Of a stretch of 64,000 nucleotides of DNA, positions 1 through 9,822 are shown piece by piece; the first letter of the stretch is position 1; each line of letters starts with the position of its first letter. This DNA comes from Bdellovibrionota bacterium FG-1 (GTDB taxonomy: Bacteria; Bdellovibrionota; UBA1018). The notes beneath the pieces are model-generated. The model did no database searches. It was not told where the DNA came from and saw nothing but the letters and a program-made list of their open reading frames with translations. The stretch covers positions 128,001 to 192,000 of the forward strand of contig JBBCAW010000008.1 of the NCBI GenBank assembly GCA_051382295.1, written 5' to 3'. A program made the position numbers and the translations under genes.

Positions 1-1512
1 TCGGCTAGAAATCGCATGATTTTGAACATAATAATAAATCGGCACCACAATCGCTTCATCCTGAACCAAGAGTTTTTGGGCTTCGATCAGTTTCTGAACC
101 TTCCGGGGTCCGGAAGGAAGGGTGCTGATTTCCATAATCAGTTGATCGTATCGTTGATTGGACCAGTTCAGATAGTTATTGGGATCTCCCGTGACGAAAG
201 ACTGCAAAATTTGAATCGGATCCCTGAAAGGAGACAGAATCCCCAATCTAAATAAATGAGGCGGATCCGTCTGTACGGTTTTCAAATAGGTCTTCCAATC
301 TAGGTTATTCAAACTGAGTTTGATCCCCAGCGTAGCTCGAAGATCCTGCTGAATTTTTTCCATCAAAAGACTATTTCTTTGACTGGTATCGAAGGCCCCC
401 CTCAAGTTAACCGTGCCGTGCACCTGGGAACGAACCGCCGCAATAGCTGGGGCAAAAAGTTGCGCGAGGTCCTGATTTTCAATATGACCTTCAAGGCCGG
501 GAGGTAACCAGCTTGTAGCCACGACCCCGCCCGAATCCAGTGCCTTGACGAGCTCAACTCTGCGAATAGCCCCAGAAACCGCCTGACGCCAAACCCGATC
601 GTTAAAAGGCGGTTTTCGCCAATTGAACGCCAAATAATAAGTGGCAAAAAAAGGATCGGTTCGAATGACTCCTTGTTTACGGAGTCGAGCCAAATCAGCC
701 GTGGGCACCTGCGTTAGTATATCTAATTTACCCTGCTCAAAAAGATGAAGTCCTGTGGTTTCATCGGCAATAATCAAAAACTCAACCCAACCTCGCTTGC
801 GGAAAGTATCCCAATAAAAAGGGTTCGGTTCAAAAACGATTCGCTGGTCAATTTCGTGCCGCTGAATTCGATAAGGTCCAGTGCAAGGCGCGGTGTCAGG
901 CCATTTTTGACCATGAGAATTCAAAATATCTTCACGCTCAGGAAGTGCCACAGGAAGTGTCAAAACCTCGACAAAATAATGAGTTACACGCTCCAGTTCA
1001 ATAATCAGCTTTCCCTTCTCATCACGCACCCCCAGAGAAGAAGCTGGAGTTTTACCTTCAAAAAAAGATCGTGCTCCGCGGATCGGAAAAAACATGCCGG
1101 CCAACTTTGAGCCGCTCCGGGGGTGAAGGGCGCGTCGGATCGCAGTGACGAAATCAGCCGCCACCACAGACTGGCCATCGGACCAGCGAGCCGACGGCCT
1201 TATTATAAATTCATAACGCCTTCCGTCAGAAGAAACCCTATAGGACTGAGCAAGTTTGTTTTGAAGGTTTCCCGCACCATCGTACCCCACTAGCCCCTCC
1301 ATCGTGTTCATCAAAACACGCAAGGAGGCTCCGTCTTCAGCCAATGCCGGATCCAGTGACGCGGGTTCGGCAGGAAGCTGAATCCGGATGATCTCTTTTA
1401 AGGGGGCCCGAGTTTTGGTGCGACAGGATGCAAGAAGAAACAGGAGTAAAAGCAGACCTATTGGCCCCCAAAAACGTCCCTTCGGGCGGGCTAGCAAAGA
1501 CCAAACTCCCAT
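1..1512 (-). CDS. Peptide ABC transporter substrate-binding lipoprotein (OppA/family 5), 3' end runs off the window
   Basis: Not in the ORF track; parts translated by hand: MGVWSLLARPKGRFWGPIGLLLLLFLLASC (lipobox LASC), IQLPAEPASLDPALAED, MEGLVGYD, ARWSDGQSVVAADFV, and DEAIVVPIYYYVQN in the same frame at the window edge. Exact start uncertain. Confidence 0.85.
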   Translation of the reverse strand, partial: MGVWSLLARPKGRFWGPIGLLLLLFLLASCRTKTRAPLKEIIRIQLPAEPASLDPALAEDGASLRVLMNTMEGLVGYDGAGNLQNKLAQSYRVSSDGRRYEFIIRPSARWSDGQSVVAADFVTAIRRALHPRSGSKLAGMFFPIRGARSFFEGKTPASSLGVRDEKGKLIIELERVTHYFVEVLTLPVALPEREDILNSHGQKWPDTAPCTGPYRIQRHEIDQRIVFEPNPFYWDTFRKRGWVEFLIIADETTGLHLFEQGKLDILTQVPTADLARLRKQGVIRTDPFFATYYLAFNWRKPPFNDRVWRQAVSGAIRRVELVKALDSGGVVATSWLPPGLEGHIENQDLAQLFAPAIAAVRSQVHGTVNLRGAFDTSQRNSLLMEKIQQDLRATLGIKLSLNNLDWKTYLKTVQTDPPHLFRLGILSPFRDPIQILQSFVTGDPNNYLNWSNQRYDQLIMEISTLPSGPRKVQKLIEAQKLLVQDEAIVVPIYYYVQNHAISSR

Positions 1513-1530
1513 GCTACTTCTATAACACCA

Positions 1531-2313
1531 ATGACTGATTTTCTAAGCAAGCTTCTTTCGCCTGAAACTGGAACCCTGACCTTAGGCCAAACCTTCATCG
1601 CCCTAGGCCTCGCCTATGTCGGCGGAATTTTGGCCAGCCTTACCCCGTGCGTTTATCCGATGATTCCCATCACGGTCAGCGTGGTCGGAGGCTTTGGGCG
1701 GGCCAAAAAGTATCGTTTAAGCGAGGTCTGGCTGCGCGGCCTTGCCTATGTCGGCGGCATGACCGTTATTTATTCATTTTTGGGAGTGCTCGCGGGACTC
1801 ACTGGCCGAGTTTTTGGTTCTTTTACAAACACGCCAGGGTGGTACCTATCGCTCGGCATCATCATGACTCTTGCTGCGCTGATGATGCTGGATATCATCC
1901 CGTTTGACCCTCAAGTTGGGTGGGAAGGGATCAAGCGGCGTTTTGGCAAACCCACCCCTCACCATCACCACCCGCATAACGATGCCCACGAAAAAGAGGC
2001 GACTCTCATCGGCGCATTTACATTGGGCGCATCATCCGGATTTATTGCAGCCCCCTGTACCACCCCGGTCTTGACCTCCATTCTCGCTTATATCGCCAAA
2101 ACTCAATCGATTGGTTTGGGCCTAGGATTGATGTTCTTTTTTTCGCTCGGCCTGGGTACCATTCTTCTAATCATTGCAGGTTTTGCTGGCGCCATGACTG
2201 TTTTGCCTCGTTCGGGCCAGTGGATGAAAACGATTAAAATGTTCAGTGGATTCTTGCTCCTCGGTTTTGCCGAGTACTTGATCTACATCGCTGGTACTCA
2301 CGGAGGCCTTTGA
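1531..2313 (+). CDS. Cytochrome c biogenesis CcdA / DsbD transmembrane-domain protein
   Basis: SLTPCVYPMIP and AAPCTTPVL redox Cys motifs, about 6 TM helices, His-rich loop. Confidence 0.88.
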   Translation: MTDFLSKLLSPETGTLTLGQTFIALGLAYVGGILASLTPCVYPMIPITVSVVGGFGRAKKYRLSEVWLRGLAYVGGMTVIYSFLGVLAGLTGRVFGSFTNTPGWYLSLGIIMTLAALMMLDIIPFDPQVGWEGIKRRFGKPTPHHHHPHNDAHEKEATLIGAFTLGASSGFIAAPCTTPVLTSILAYIAKTQSIGLGLGLMFFFSLGLGTILLIIAGFAGAMTVLPRSGQWMKTIKMFSGFLLLGFAEYLIYIAGTHGGL

Positions 2314-2316
2314 TTC

Positions 2317-3498
2317 ATGACTCATTCGGTATCTCGGCCCGCTCCCCGTCGTTTTTGGGTTCTTGCTGCTCTAGCCTTAGCTGGGGTTGGATTCTCAGTT
2401 TCCTTGACACAACACTTTTATGAAATGAGAAATGGCTCGGCCGCCTTTCGCTCTTTTTGTAATATCGGGTCAACGATCAACTGCGATGTAGTGGCGGCCA
2501 GCCGCTATGCTGAAGTGTTTGGAGGGCTGCCCCTCGCGAGTTTTGCCACTGGCTGGTTTTTGGCACTTTTTGCGATTGTACTGAAGGCCAGGAATCCGTT
2601 CTGGCGCCGCGAGTGTGTTCGCGCCGCTTTAGGAATTGCCGTTTCGGGGATGCTGTTTTCGCTCGGCTATCTTTTGATCATGGTGAATATCCTCAAGACC
2701 CTTTGCCTGTTTTGTTTGGTCATTGATGGGATCAACCTCATCATCCTAGGGCTTGTCCTAAGCCTCAAACCAGAGGGATTCTCCCATCACAAACCCGACC
2801 GCGCGAAATGGAAACTTCTGCTAGGCACAGTGGGCGCTTCCCTCGTAATCGCGGTGCTCGGACTTCGAACTTTGGATGCCGGAGCCTTGCCGACGTCGAC
2901 GGTGGATGACTACGCCAATGCGGCCCTGGGTAACCCGATCCTACCCGTCAATGCTGGGCCCGAGTTTCCATCGTTCGGCCCGGCCCAAGCACCGATCACC
3001 ATTGTTGAGTTTAGCGACTTTCAATGCCCCTTTTGCCACAACGGTGCCCTCATTCTTCATTCAGTGATGGAGCGCTTTCCCAACCAAGTGAGAGTGGTCT
3101 TCCGTCATTGGCCTTTGGATCATACTTGTAACCGCAAAGTGGAGCGCCCCATGCACGCCTATGCTTGCGAAGCAGCGCGGGCCGCGGCTTGTGCTCAAAA
3201 ACAGAGCAAATTTCAGGCGGTTTATGAGACCTATTTCGAAAACCAAGCCGGCTTAGGTCTCGGGCGCGCTATTCAGCTTGCGGAACAAGCTGGCGTCAAT
3301 GGATCCGAGCTCATCACATGTATGAATTCGCCCGAAACCGCCAATATTGTGAGCCGTGACCTTGAAGAGGGCATCCAACTCGGCGTTGGCACCACGCCAA
3401 CCTTTTTTATTAACGGCCACAAAATGGAGGGCGCCATGCCTCCGTCCGTTTGGTTCAAGATCATCAATACGCTCTTAAAACAGCCGAGCCTTCACTAA
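2317..3498 (+). CDS. VKOR-DsbA (thioredoxin-fold) fusion, disulfide bond formation protein
   Basis: VKOR loop Cys pair CNIGSTINC and CLFC; C-terminal EFSDFQCPFC and cis-Pro GTTPTFFING. Confidence 0.9.
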   Translation: MTHSVSRPAPRRFWVLAALALAGVGFSVSLTQHFYEMRNGSAAFRSFCNIGSTINCDVVAASRYAEVFGGLPLASFATGWFLALFAIVLKARNPFWRRECVRAALGIAVSGMLFSLGYLLIMVNILKTLCLFCLVIDGINLIILGLVLSLKPEGFSHHKPDRAKWKLLLGTVGASLVIAVLGLRTLDAGALPTSTVDDYANAALGNPILPVNAGPEFPSFGPAQAPITIVEFSDFQCPFCHNGALILHSVMERFPNQVRVVFRHWPLDHTCNRKVERPMHAYACEAARAAACAQKQSKFQAVYETYFENQAGLGLGRAIQLAEQAGVNGSELITCMNSPETANIVSRDLEEGIQLGVGTTPTFFINGHKMEGAMPPSVWFKIINTLLKQPSLH

Positions 3499-3512
3499 TC
3501 GGTCTACGCGAT

Positions 3513-4322
3513 ATGGAACTGCCCACGGAATTACCCGAATTGATCGACACTCATTGCCACCTCAATTATGATTACGCACCCAAGAGTGCTGATGATCTGG
3601 TTCGAGAAGCGCAAGACACAGGAATCACGACGCTGATCACGATCGGCACCAATCTTGAGGCGCTGCCCAGTATGGTTGCGATCTCTGAACGACATGCCCG
3701 AGTTTTTCATACAGTGGGAGTTCATCCTCACGATGCCGTGACCTTAGGTCCCAACGATCTTGAAAAACTGGCCATTGCCGCAAAACATCCTAAGTGCGTA
3801 GCCATCGGCGAAATCGGACTGGATTATCACTACGATCACTCTCCGAGAGACATCCAACGACAACAGTTTGAGATCCAGCTTGAGCTCGCCCTTCAAATGG
3901 ATTTGCCAGTCGTGATCCATGCAAGAGAGGCCGAAGCCGATCTACTAGAAGCCCTAAAACGCTACGCCAGCCGGCTCAAACCTGCCTCAATCCCTGGCAT
4001 TATCCATTGTTTTAGCGGCACTCAAGTTTTTGGCCAGGCTTGTGTCGAGCTAGGCTTTTACATTTCCTTTTCTGGAATCATCACTTTCAAGACTGGCGAA
4101 GACCTGCGAAAAGCAGCTCAAACCTACCCCCTGGATCGGCTTTTGGTCGAAACAGATTCGCCCTACTTAGCGCCGATTCCGTACCGCGGTAAAAAATGTG
4201 AACCCACGATGGTGCGTCTCACCGCGCAGAAACTAGCCGAAGTGAGGGGACTCCCTCTTTCAGAAATTGCAACCATCACGACCACCAATGCTCGCCGAGT
4301 CTTTAAACTTGACCAGTCTTGA
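3513..4322 (+). CDS. tatD: TatD family hydrolase/DNase
   Basis: IDTHCHL, GVHPH, IGEIGLDY, IHAREA, IHCFSG, ETDSPYL; start moved to ATG 3513. Confidence 0.93.
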   Translation: MELPTELPELIDTHCHLNYDYAPKSADDLVREAQDTGITTLITIGTNLEALPSMVAISERHARVFHTVGVHPHDAVTLGPNDLEKLAIAAKHPKCVAIGEIGLDYHYDHSPRDIQRQQFEIQLELALQMDLPVVIHAREAEADLLEALKRYASRLKPASIPGIIHCFSGTQVFGQACVELGFYISFSGIITFKTGEDLRKAAQTYPLDRLLVETDSPYLAPIPYRGKKCEPTMVRLTAQKLAEVRGLPLSEIATITTTNARRVFKLDQS

Positions 4323-5316
4323 GCGCCCAATCTGGCTTCCAGAAAAACCGCTCATATTGCCGGCTTAAGCCGGTCCAACGTCCCGGGGTCTGATCTTGCT
4401 CAATCCAAGAGGCGATTGAATTGACCTTTGAATCGAGGTCATCAATCATGTGCACGATCAAAGCCTCGATGCACTTCGGCCGTTTAGGCGAACCATACTC
4501 CAAGATACCGTGATGGGCTAAAATGACGTGTTTAACGAGCAAAGCTTTCTCCTGCGGAAACTTTGCCGGCAGCCGCCCTTCTTGCAAATCCAGCTCCCGA
4601 ATTTTGCGATCCACAAGTTCCACGCCCATGACGAGATGGCCGATCAATTTTCCCTCATCGGAGTAGTCGGTCACCCGATCATAATTCAATTCCCAGAGTT
4701 TGCCGATATCGTGGAGAAACCCACCCAAAAACAACAAATCACGATCGACGATTATACCATAATGACCAGCCAAATGGTCCAAAGTCCCAGTGATCGAAAC
4801 AACGTGCTCCAGTAACCCCGTTTTATAGGCATGGTGAAGACTCTTAGCCGCAGGAGCGCGCTTCACGCGGTCAGCAATGTCAGCATCATCGCGCAAAACA
4901 GACTCGGCCAGCGCTTTGTAAAAAGGATCTTGCATCGAGGCCACATACTCGAGGAGCTGAGCGTAAAGAGCCTCTGCATCAAGCTTGCTTTCAGCAACAA
5001 AATCGGCCACTTGAACCTGGTCCTCCCGTAAGATCAAAAGCTGATTGATCACAATCTGCCGACGTCCCTGGTAAACCTGGCATCGACCTTCGACCCGCAC
5101 AAAGGTATCGCGAACGGCCTGGCCCGAATGTTTGCTGACGTCTTCCCAAAGCCGAGCTTCCAGTTCACCCGACTTATCCATCAAAACCAAATTCATGTAG
5201 GGTTTGCCGTTTTTACCGACTGCCACCGCGCTGTATTTGATTAAAAAGGGGGCGGAAATGGCGTCTTTTTCTTTGAGATCGCAAATAAACTGATTTTTTT
5301 CCATCATTCCATTCAT
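4303..5316 (-). CDS. yhaM: 3'-5' exoribonuclease YhaM/Cbf1 family (OB fold + HD domain)
   Basis: KNGKPYMNLVLMDKSG OB-fold start, APAAKSLHHAY, LHDIGK, HHGILEYGSP, DDLDSK; start could be 5304-5328. Confidence 0.88.
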   Translation of the reverse strand: MNGMMEKNQFICDLKEKDAISAPFLIKYSAVAVGKNGKPYMNLVLMDKSGELEARLWEDVSKHSGQAVRDTFVRVEGRCQVYQGRRQIVINQLLILREDQVQVADFVAESKLDAEALYAQLLEYVASMQDPFYKALAESVLRDDADIADRVKRAPAAKSLHHAYKTGLLEHVVSITGTLDHLAGHYGIIVDRDLLFLGGFLHDIGKLWELNYDRVTDYSDEGKLIGHLVMGVELVDRKIRELDLQEGRLPAKFPQEKALLVKHVILAHHGILEYGSPKRPKCIEALIVHMIDDLDSKVNSIASWIEQDQTPGRWTGLSRQYERFFWKPDWALKTGQV

Positions 5317-5461
5317 TTGCGACGACAATTAACCCGGCGGAGGGCGCCTAGCAAGCCTAGAAATGGGTAAATTTGAGTAGACACACCAAAGGCCCATGTT
5401 AGCTACGATAACCTCTCGGTAGTCGCCAGCTTTGGAATTTATCTGTAAAAAAACAGTGCCT

Positions 5462-7120
5462 CTAGGCCTTCTCAAGTGCCCGCAGCTCTGTGTCTGTTTG
5501 TCTGAGACGTAGCGCCAGCGCTCGGGAAAGCCGTAAGAACACCATGCCCTCGACCTGAGGATTTTCGCTGGCAACCCGGTCAAACGACGCACGGGACAAC
5601 ACAAAAAGCTCGCATCCCCCCGGGGCAATGGCATCGGCCGAGCGAGGTTGCTGATCTAAAAACGACATGTCGCCAAAAAAATCACCGCGACCAAACGACG
5701 CCAAATGAAAGCTCTTACCGTGGCCGAGTGACAACATAATCCTGACACTTCCCTTTCGGATCAAAAACATCTCGTCTCCGGTGTCACCTTGTGAAAAAAT
5801 CTTGTCCCCTGGAGAAAGTGAACGTTTTTGGACGCATTTTTCGAGTAAAGCCAAGCCGCTCGACGGCAGCCCAGAAAGGAGATCAATATCGCCTAACCCG
5901 AGTGGCGACTCCTCTTGCAAGGTCTTCATTCCATCGTGCTCCAAAAGTCGGTCCTCTGCCCACTCTAACGCATCCCGAAGGTCAGAGAAAATTCGCACAT
6001 GACTTTTAGGGCGGACCAGCCCCACTTGATCGAAATAGGCACCCAAATCCTGCCCAGTAGGCAGGCTTAAAGGCAGATCTGCAAACAAAAGAGATCCGCC
6101 ATTTTCAGAAATCTGGCCCTCAATTTGTTCGAGCATATGGATCGCCGTAAAGTCAACCGACTGGACCCGATGCATATCCAGAATCACAAATTTACAGTGT
6201 GAAAGATGGGGCTCAATTTCTGAAAAAAGCTGATCCGTGGTTCCAAAAAACAATGATCCTTGCAACTCAAAAATAGCAGTTTGAACCCCCTTCACTTCGA
6301 GCCATGCGACTTCGGCGGGTAGACGGCGCTTTTTAGAGAACATTTTGTCCCCAGTAGTCTTGCGCCGCACCACAGAACCCCGAATTTGTTCTCGCAAAAA
6401 CAGCAGAATAGCTAAAGCCAGCCCCACCCCGGCCGCGGCAATCAAATTCAGGGTTACGGCCGCGACCACCACCGCCGCAATCACGGTAAAATCTAAGATG
6501 GTTGAACGTTTACGAAGAAGTTTAAAACTCTTGCGTTCAACCATTCGGGTGGCCACGACTAAAAGAATTCCCGCTAACGCAGGGAGTGGAACCCAAGCCA
6601 CCAGCCGACCTAGCACCACAAACGTCGCCAAAGAAAAGACGCCTGTCAAAATTCCTGAAAGCCGGGTGCGTCCCCCACTACTCAAATTCACCAAAGTCGC
6701 ACCCATCATGCCGGCACCGGCCATTCCGCCAATCAGCGCTGAGGCCATGTTTCCTACCCCCTGGCCAATCAGTTCTCGATTCGAATTATGACGACTTCGA
6801 GTCAGGGCATCGACGATCACACAAGTTTTGAGCGTATCAATAGACAAAAGGACCGCGAGCGTAAAGGCCGGGGCCCCCAGTACCGCAGCCGCGGGCGCAC
6901 AAGGCGCTGAAATGAGCCGAGGCGCGCCACCCAGCACAGGTGCAATCAACCCAATAGCGATCGCCCCTAAGATACCCACGACCGCACCTTGAGCCGCAAA
7001 GGCCGGTCCCAAGGGCGAATAGACCAATAGTCCGAAGGCAATGGCGGATGGAAACGCCACCAACATGGACGCAAGGCCCCCAAAAACCTCACCGATGACC
7101 GTCACTTTCTGATTCGTCAT
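5462..7120 (-). CDS. SulP/SLC26 anion transporter with STAS and cNMP-binding domains; appears internally deleted
   Basis: NRELIGQGVGN, GGRTRLSG, STAS (LFFGT...LDMHRVQSVDFTA), cNMP (IFSQGDTGDEMF...GDFFGDMS...RSADA). TM domain is only about 245 aa. Confidence 0.85.
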   Translation of the reverse strand: MTNQKVTVIGEVFGGLASMLVAFPSAIAFGLLVYSPLGPAFAAQGAVVGILGAIAIGLIAPVLGGAPRLISAPCAPAAAVLGAPAFTLAVLLSIDTLKTCVIVDALTRSRHNSNRELIGQGVGNMASALIGGMAGAGMMGATLVNLSSGGRTRLSGILTGVFSLATFVVLGRLVAWVPLPALAGILLVVATRMVERKSFKLLRKRSTILDFTVIAAVVVAAVTLNLIAAAGVGLALAILLFLREQIRGSVVRRKTTGDKMFSKKRRLPAEVAWLEVKGVQTAIFELQGSLFFGTTDQLFSEIEPHLSHCKFVILDMHRVQSVDFTAIHMLEQIEGQISENGGSLLFADLPLSLPTGQDLGAYFDQVGLVRPKSHVRIFSDLRDALEWAEDRLLEHDGMKTLQEESPLGLGDIDLLSGLPSSGLALLEKCVQKRSLSPGDKIFSQGDTGDEMFLIRKGSVRIMLSLGHGKSFHLASFGRGDFFGDMSFLDQQPRSADAIAPGGCELFVLSRASFDRVASENPQVEGMVFLRLSRALALRLRQTDTELRALEKA

Positions 7121-7138
7121 ATCCTATTTATCCGCTCA

Positions 7139-8725
7139 ATGTGGATTCCGATTAAGATCATCCGTGCTAGATTCTCTCCTATGCGCCAATTTAGGGCCGT
7201 TTTTATATTTTGGATCATCCTTACAGTCCTGATTCAGCCTTGGCGAAATTCTTTATCACAGGATGACGCTGTCTATGCAGTCCAGGCTCTTTCTTTTGCC
7301 CAAGGGAGCTTTCATTTTCATCCTGATCCGATGGCCGCAGCCCTCCCGCAAAGCGTGCTCGGAGGTTTGGCCATTCGTGCGTTTCCGTTTTTCAAACCCC
7401 TCGTCGTCCTCAATAGCTTGACCTGGCTATTGAATCTGGCGGTCATGTGTGTGCTCCAAGCCGCCACGGGGGCGTCAGCCCTATTGATCTGTGGCCTTTT
7501 TTCGATCCCCTTTTGGACTCAATATAGCGCCAGTTTTCTTTATGACCTCTATGCCGTCTTGTTGCTATCCCTGCTTTTGTGGACTCTACAAAAACAAGCT
7601 CGCCTCGCCACGATCGCCGTCGCTTGCCTTTCCTTCCTCCTCTTTCTACAACTGCAATCTTTGCTCGTTGTTTCTTTGTTGCTCAGTGCTGCTTATTTTT
7701 ACTCCAAAAAATATCGACAAGGCTTAGCTCTTTTGCTCGGAGTAATCATTGGAGTCGAGGTATTTTCGTCGATCCCACACGGCCTTTACCAACAGGCGGC
7801 TCCCTATTTTTTATTTCACCCCTCGCGCTCTTGGAAAGTCATGGCCTATTGTTTTTTGCAGCTTCTTGTAGGCTTAGGATTTTTCTTACTCCCCGCCACG
7901 CAAGGGTTTTCGCAGTGGCCAGTTCGACTTGGAATCCTGGTGGGAGCGCTGCAACTTGCCTTCATTGGTTTCCTTCTGTTCGTTCAGGCGCCGGTCTTAG
8001 CCGCGGGAGTTTTCTTTTCAGATTACCTCCCCAAGATTTTAGCCCTTTCGATCACGAGCCTGGGGGTTTTGGGTTGGGCTGGCGCCGTGAGCTTACGCCC
8101 CACTCGGTGGTCTCCTCAACAAATAGCCTTGGCCGCCGCCGCCTTGATCATCGTCGTACTCAATGCCTATCGAGGGGCCAACGACATTCGCTACATGATG
8201 CTGCTCGTACCGTTAATCTTGATTATTTTTCGGGAAAAACTTTCCCAACGACCCCTTGCGACTTCAAATCGAATCATCTTTGCGCTAAGTTTTTTTCTTT
8301 CCATTGTCTTGAATCGATACTCTCTCGACACCACCGAAGCCCGCTGGCACCTTGCCGCTCTTTTAGAATCCCAAGGCACCCCTCAGAAGCAAATCTCCGC
8401 CGGTTATGGACGGGATCTTTTTATGTTCGAAGAGGAATGTACAATGGCCGCTTATCAAAAAATCGGACGCCCCCCCTTGGATAGCCCTGTTTTTTTCGAG
8501 CGAGTTTTTAGCAAAATCCCCAGGGTCTACGCCGACGAATGGATTCCTCAATTCGTCATAAAACCTTACATCGCTTTCGGAAAAACCCTGGCACTCAAGG
8601 TAAATCGAGCCCAGGGACAAGAGGGTACAGCCTCCGTCGTTTACCCCTATTCATCATTAGGAGTAAAACATGCGCTTGCCGCGTTTGAAAATAAGGATTT
8701 TAGAAACGCATGGTGCTTTCGATGA
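7139..8725 (+). CDS. Polytopic membrane protein, possibly a GT-C (ArnT/PMT-like) glycosyltransferase
   Basis: QDDAVYA acidic motif after TM1, about 12 TM helices, RYMMLLVP motif, soluble C-terminal domain. Confidence 0.55.
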   Translation: MWIPIKIIRARFSPMRQFRAVFIFWIILTVLIQPWRNSLSQDDAVYAVQALSFAQGSFHFHPDPMAAALPQSVLGGLAIRAFPFFKPLVVLNSLTWLLNLAVMCVLQAATGASALLICGLFSIPFWTQYSASFLYDLYAVLLLSLLLWTLQKQARLATIAVACLSFLLFLQLQSLLVVSLLLSAAYFYSKKYRQGLALLLGVIIGVEVFSSIPHGLYQQAAPYFLFHPSRSWKVMAYCFLQLLVGLGFFLLPATQGFSQWPVRLGILVGALQLAFIGFLLFVQAPVLAAGVFFSDYLPKILALSITSLGVLGWAGAVSLRPTRWSPQQIALAAAALIIVVLNAYRGANDIRYMMLLVPLILIIFREKLSQRPLATSNRIIFALSFFLSIVLNRYSLDTTEARWHLAALLESQGTPQKQISAGYGRDLFMFEEECTMAAYQKIGRPPLDSPVFFERVFSKIPRVYADEWIPQFVIKPYIAFGKTLALKVNRAQGQEGTASVVYPYSSLGVKHALAAFENKDFRNAWCFR

Positions 8726-9822
8726 TAGGCGGCCGAAAAATCATCCACGTCGATATGGATGCGTTTTTTGCGTCCGTCGAGCAGCGCGACCATCCGGAGC
8801 TTCGGGGAAGGCCGGTTATTGTCGGCGGAGATCCCCACGGCCGGGGGGTCGTGGCAGCCTGTTCGTACGAAGCCCGAAAATTTGGCGTTCACTCGGCGAT
8901 GAGTTCCGCAAAAGCCTATCGCCTTTGCCCTCAAGCCGTAGTCGTGCACCCTCATTTCAGCGTCTATCAAGAGGCCAGTGAGCAAATTCATAAAATCTTC
9001 GAAGAGGTCACCGATCAGATCGAACCCCTTTCGCTCGACGAAGCCTACCTGGACGTTACCGTCAATAAGCTGAGCGAACCCCTCGCTCGAAAAATCGCAG
9101 CCCATCTGAGGGCCCGAATTCAGGAAGTGACTGGGCTAACCGCTTCAGCCGGAGTAGGCCCAAATAAATTTATTGCCAAAATCGCAAGCGATCTGCGCAA
9201 GCCCGATGGTTTGGTCGTCGTGCCGCCCGAACGAGTGATGGAGTTTATCGAGCGGCTGCCCGTCGAACGCTTGTGGGGAGTGGGCCCCGCCACGGCTAAG
9301 ACCCTTCACGAATTGGGGCTTTTCCTCGTTTCAGACATTCGTAAACGCCCGCTGGCAGAGATGGAACGCTCCCTCGGAAAATTTGGGACTTTTCTTCATC
9401 AGCTCTCTCATGGTCAAGATGACCGTGAAGTTGAATCCGAATGGGAACCCAAAAGTAGTGGCACTGAGACCACCTTCGAAAAAGACGTGCGAGATACCCA
9501 CTTTCTTTTGGAGACTTTAAACGATCAAGCTGAAGACATCGTCGTCCACTTACGCAAGCTCGACCGACGAGCCAAAACCGTAGCGCTGAAATTGCGCTAT
9601 TCAGACTTTACCACCATCACGCGCAGCCGCACTCTTTGGCACTACACGGACGATCCGATGCTCATTGCCGATACAGCTCAGCAGCTTCTTACCCAGTCCA
9701 CCGAAGCAGGACACCGGCCAGTGCGCCTCATCGGGATCACGATGAGCAACCTGATTCATCCCAACGAACCCGAACAGCTTTGGCTGGATTTGCGATATAC
9801 GTCGGGGCTAGCGGTTGGATAG
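8710..9822 (+). CDS. dinB: DNA polymerase IV
   Basis: IIHVDMDAFFASVE, SYEARKFGV, SLDEAYLD, KIASDLRKPDG, little-finger domain. Confidence 0.96.
   Translation: MVLSMIGGRKIIHVDMDAFFASVEQRDHPELRGRPVIVGGDPHGRGVVAACSYEARKFGVHSAMSSAKAYRLCPQAVVVHPHFSVYQEASEQIHKIFEEVTDQIEPLSLDEAYLDVTVNKLSEPLARKIAAHLRARIQEVTGLTASAGVGPNKFIAKIASDLRKPDGLVVVPPERVMEFIERLPVERLWGVGPATAKTLHELGLFLVSDIRKRPLAEMERSLGKFGTFLHQLSHGQDDREVESEWEPKSSGTETTFEKDVRDTHFLLETLNDQAEDIVVHLRKLDRRAKTVALKLRYSDFTTITRSRTLWHYTDDPMLIADTAQQLLTQSTEAGHRPVRLIGITMSNLIHPNEPEQLWLDLRYTSGLAVG

Noticed and set aside
16..1110. Short ORFs listed at 16-255, 402-647 and 745-1110
   Set aside because: They are shadows of the minus-strand OppA frame.
7579..8484. 301-aa alternative-frame ORF
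   Set aside because: Nested in the membrane-protein gene; Ser/Arg/Pro-rich shadow composition.
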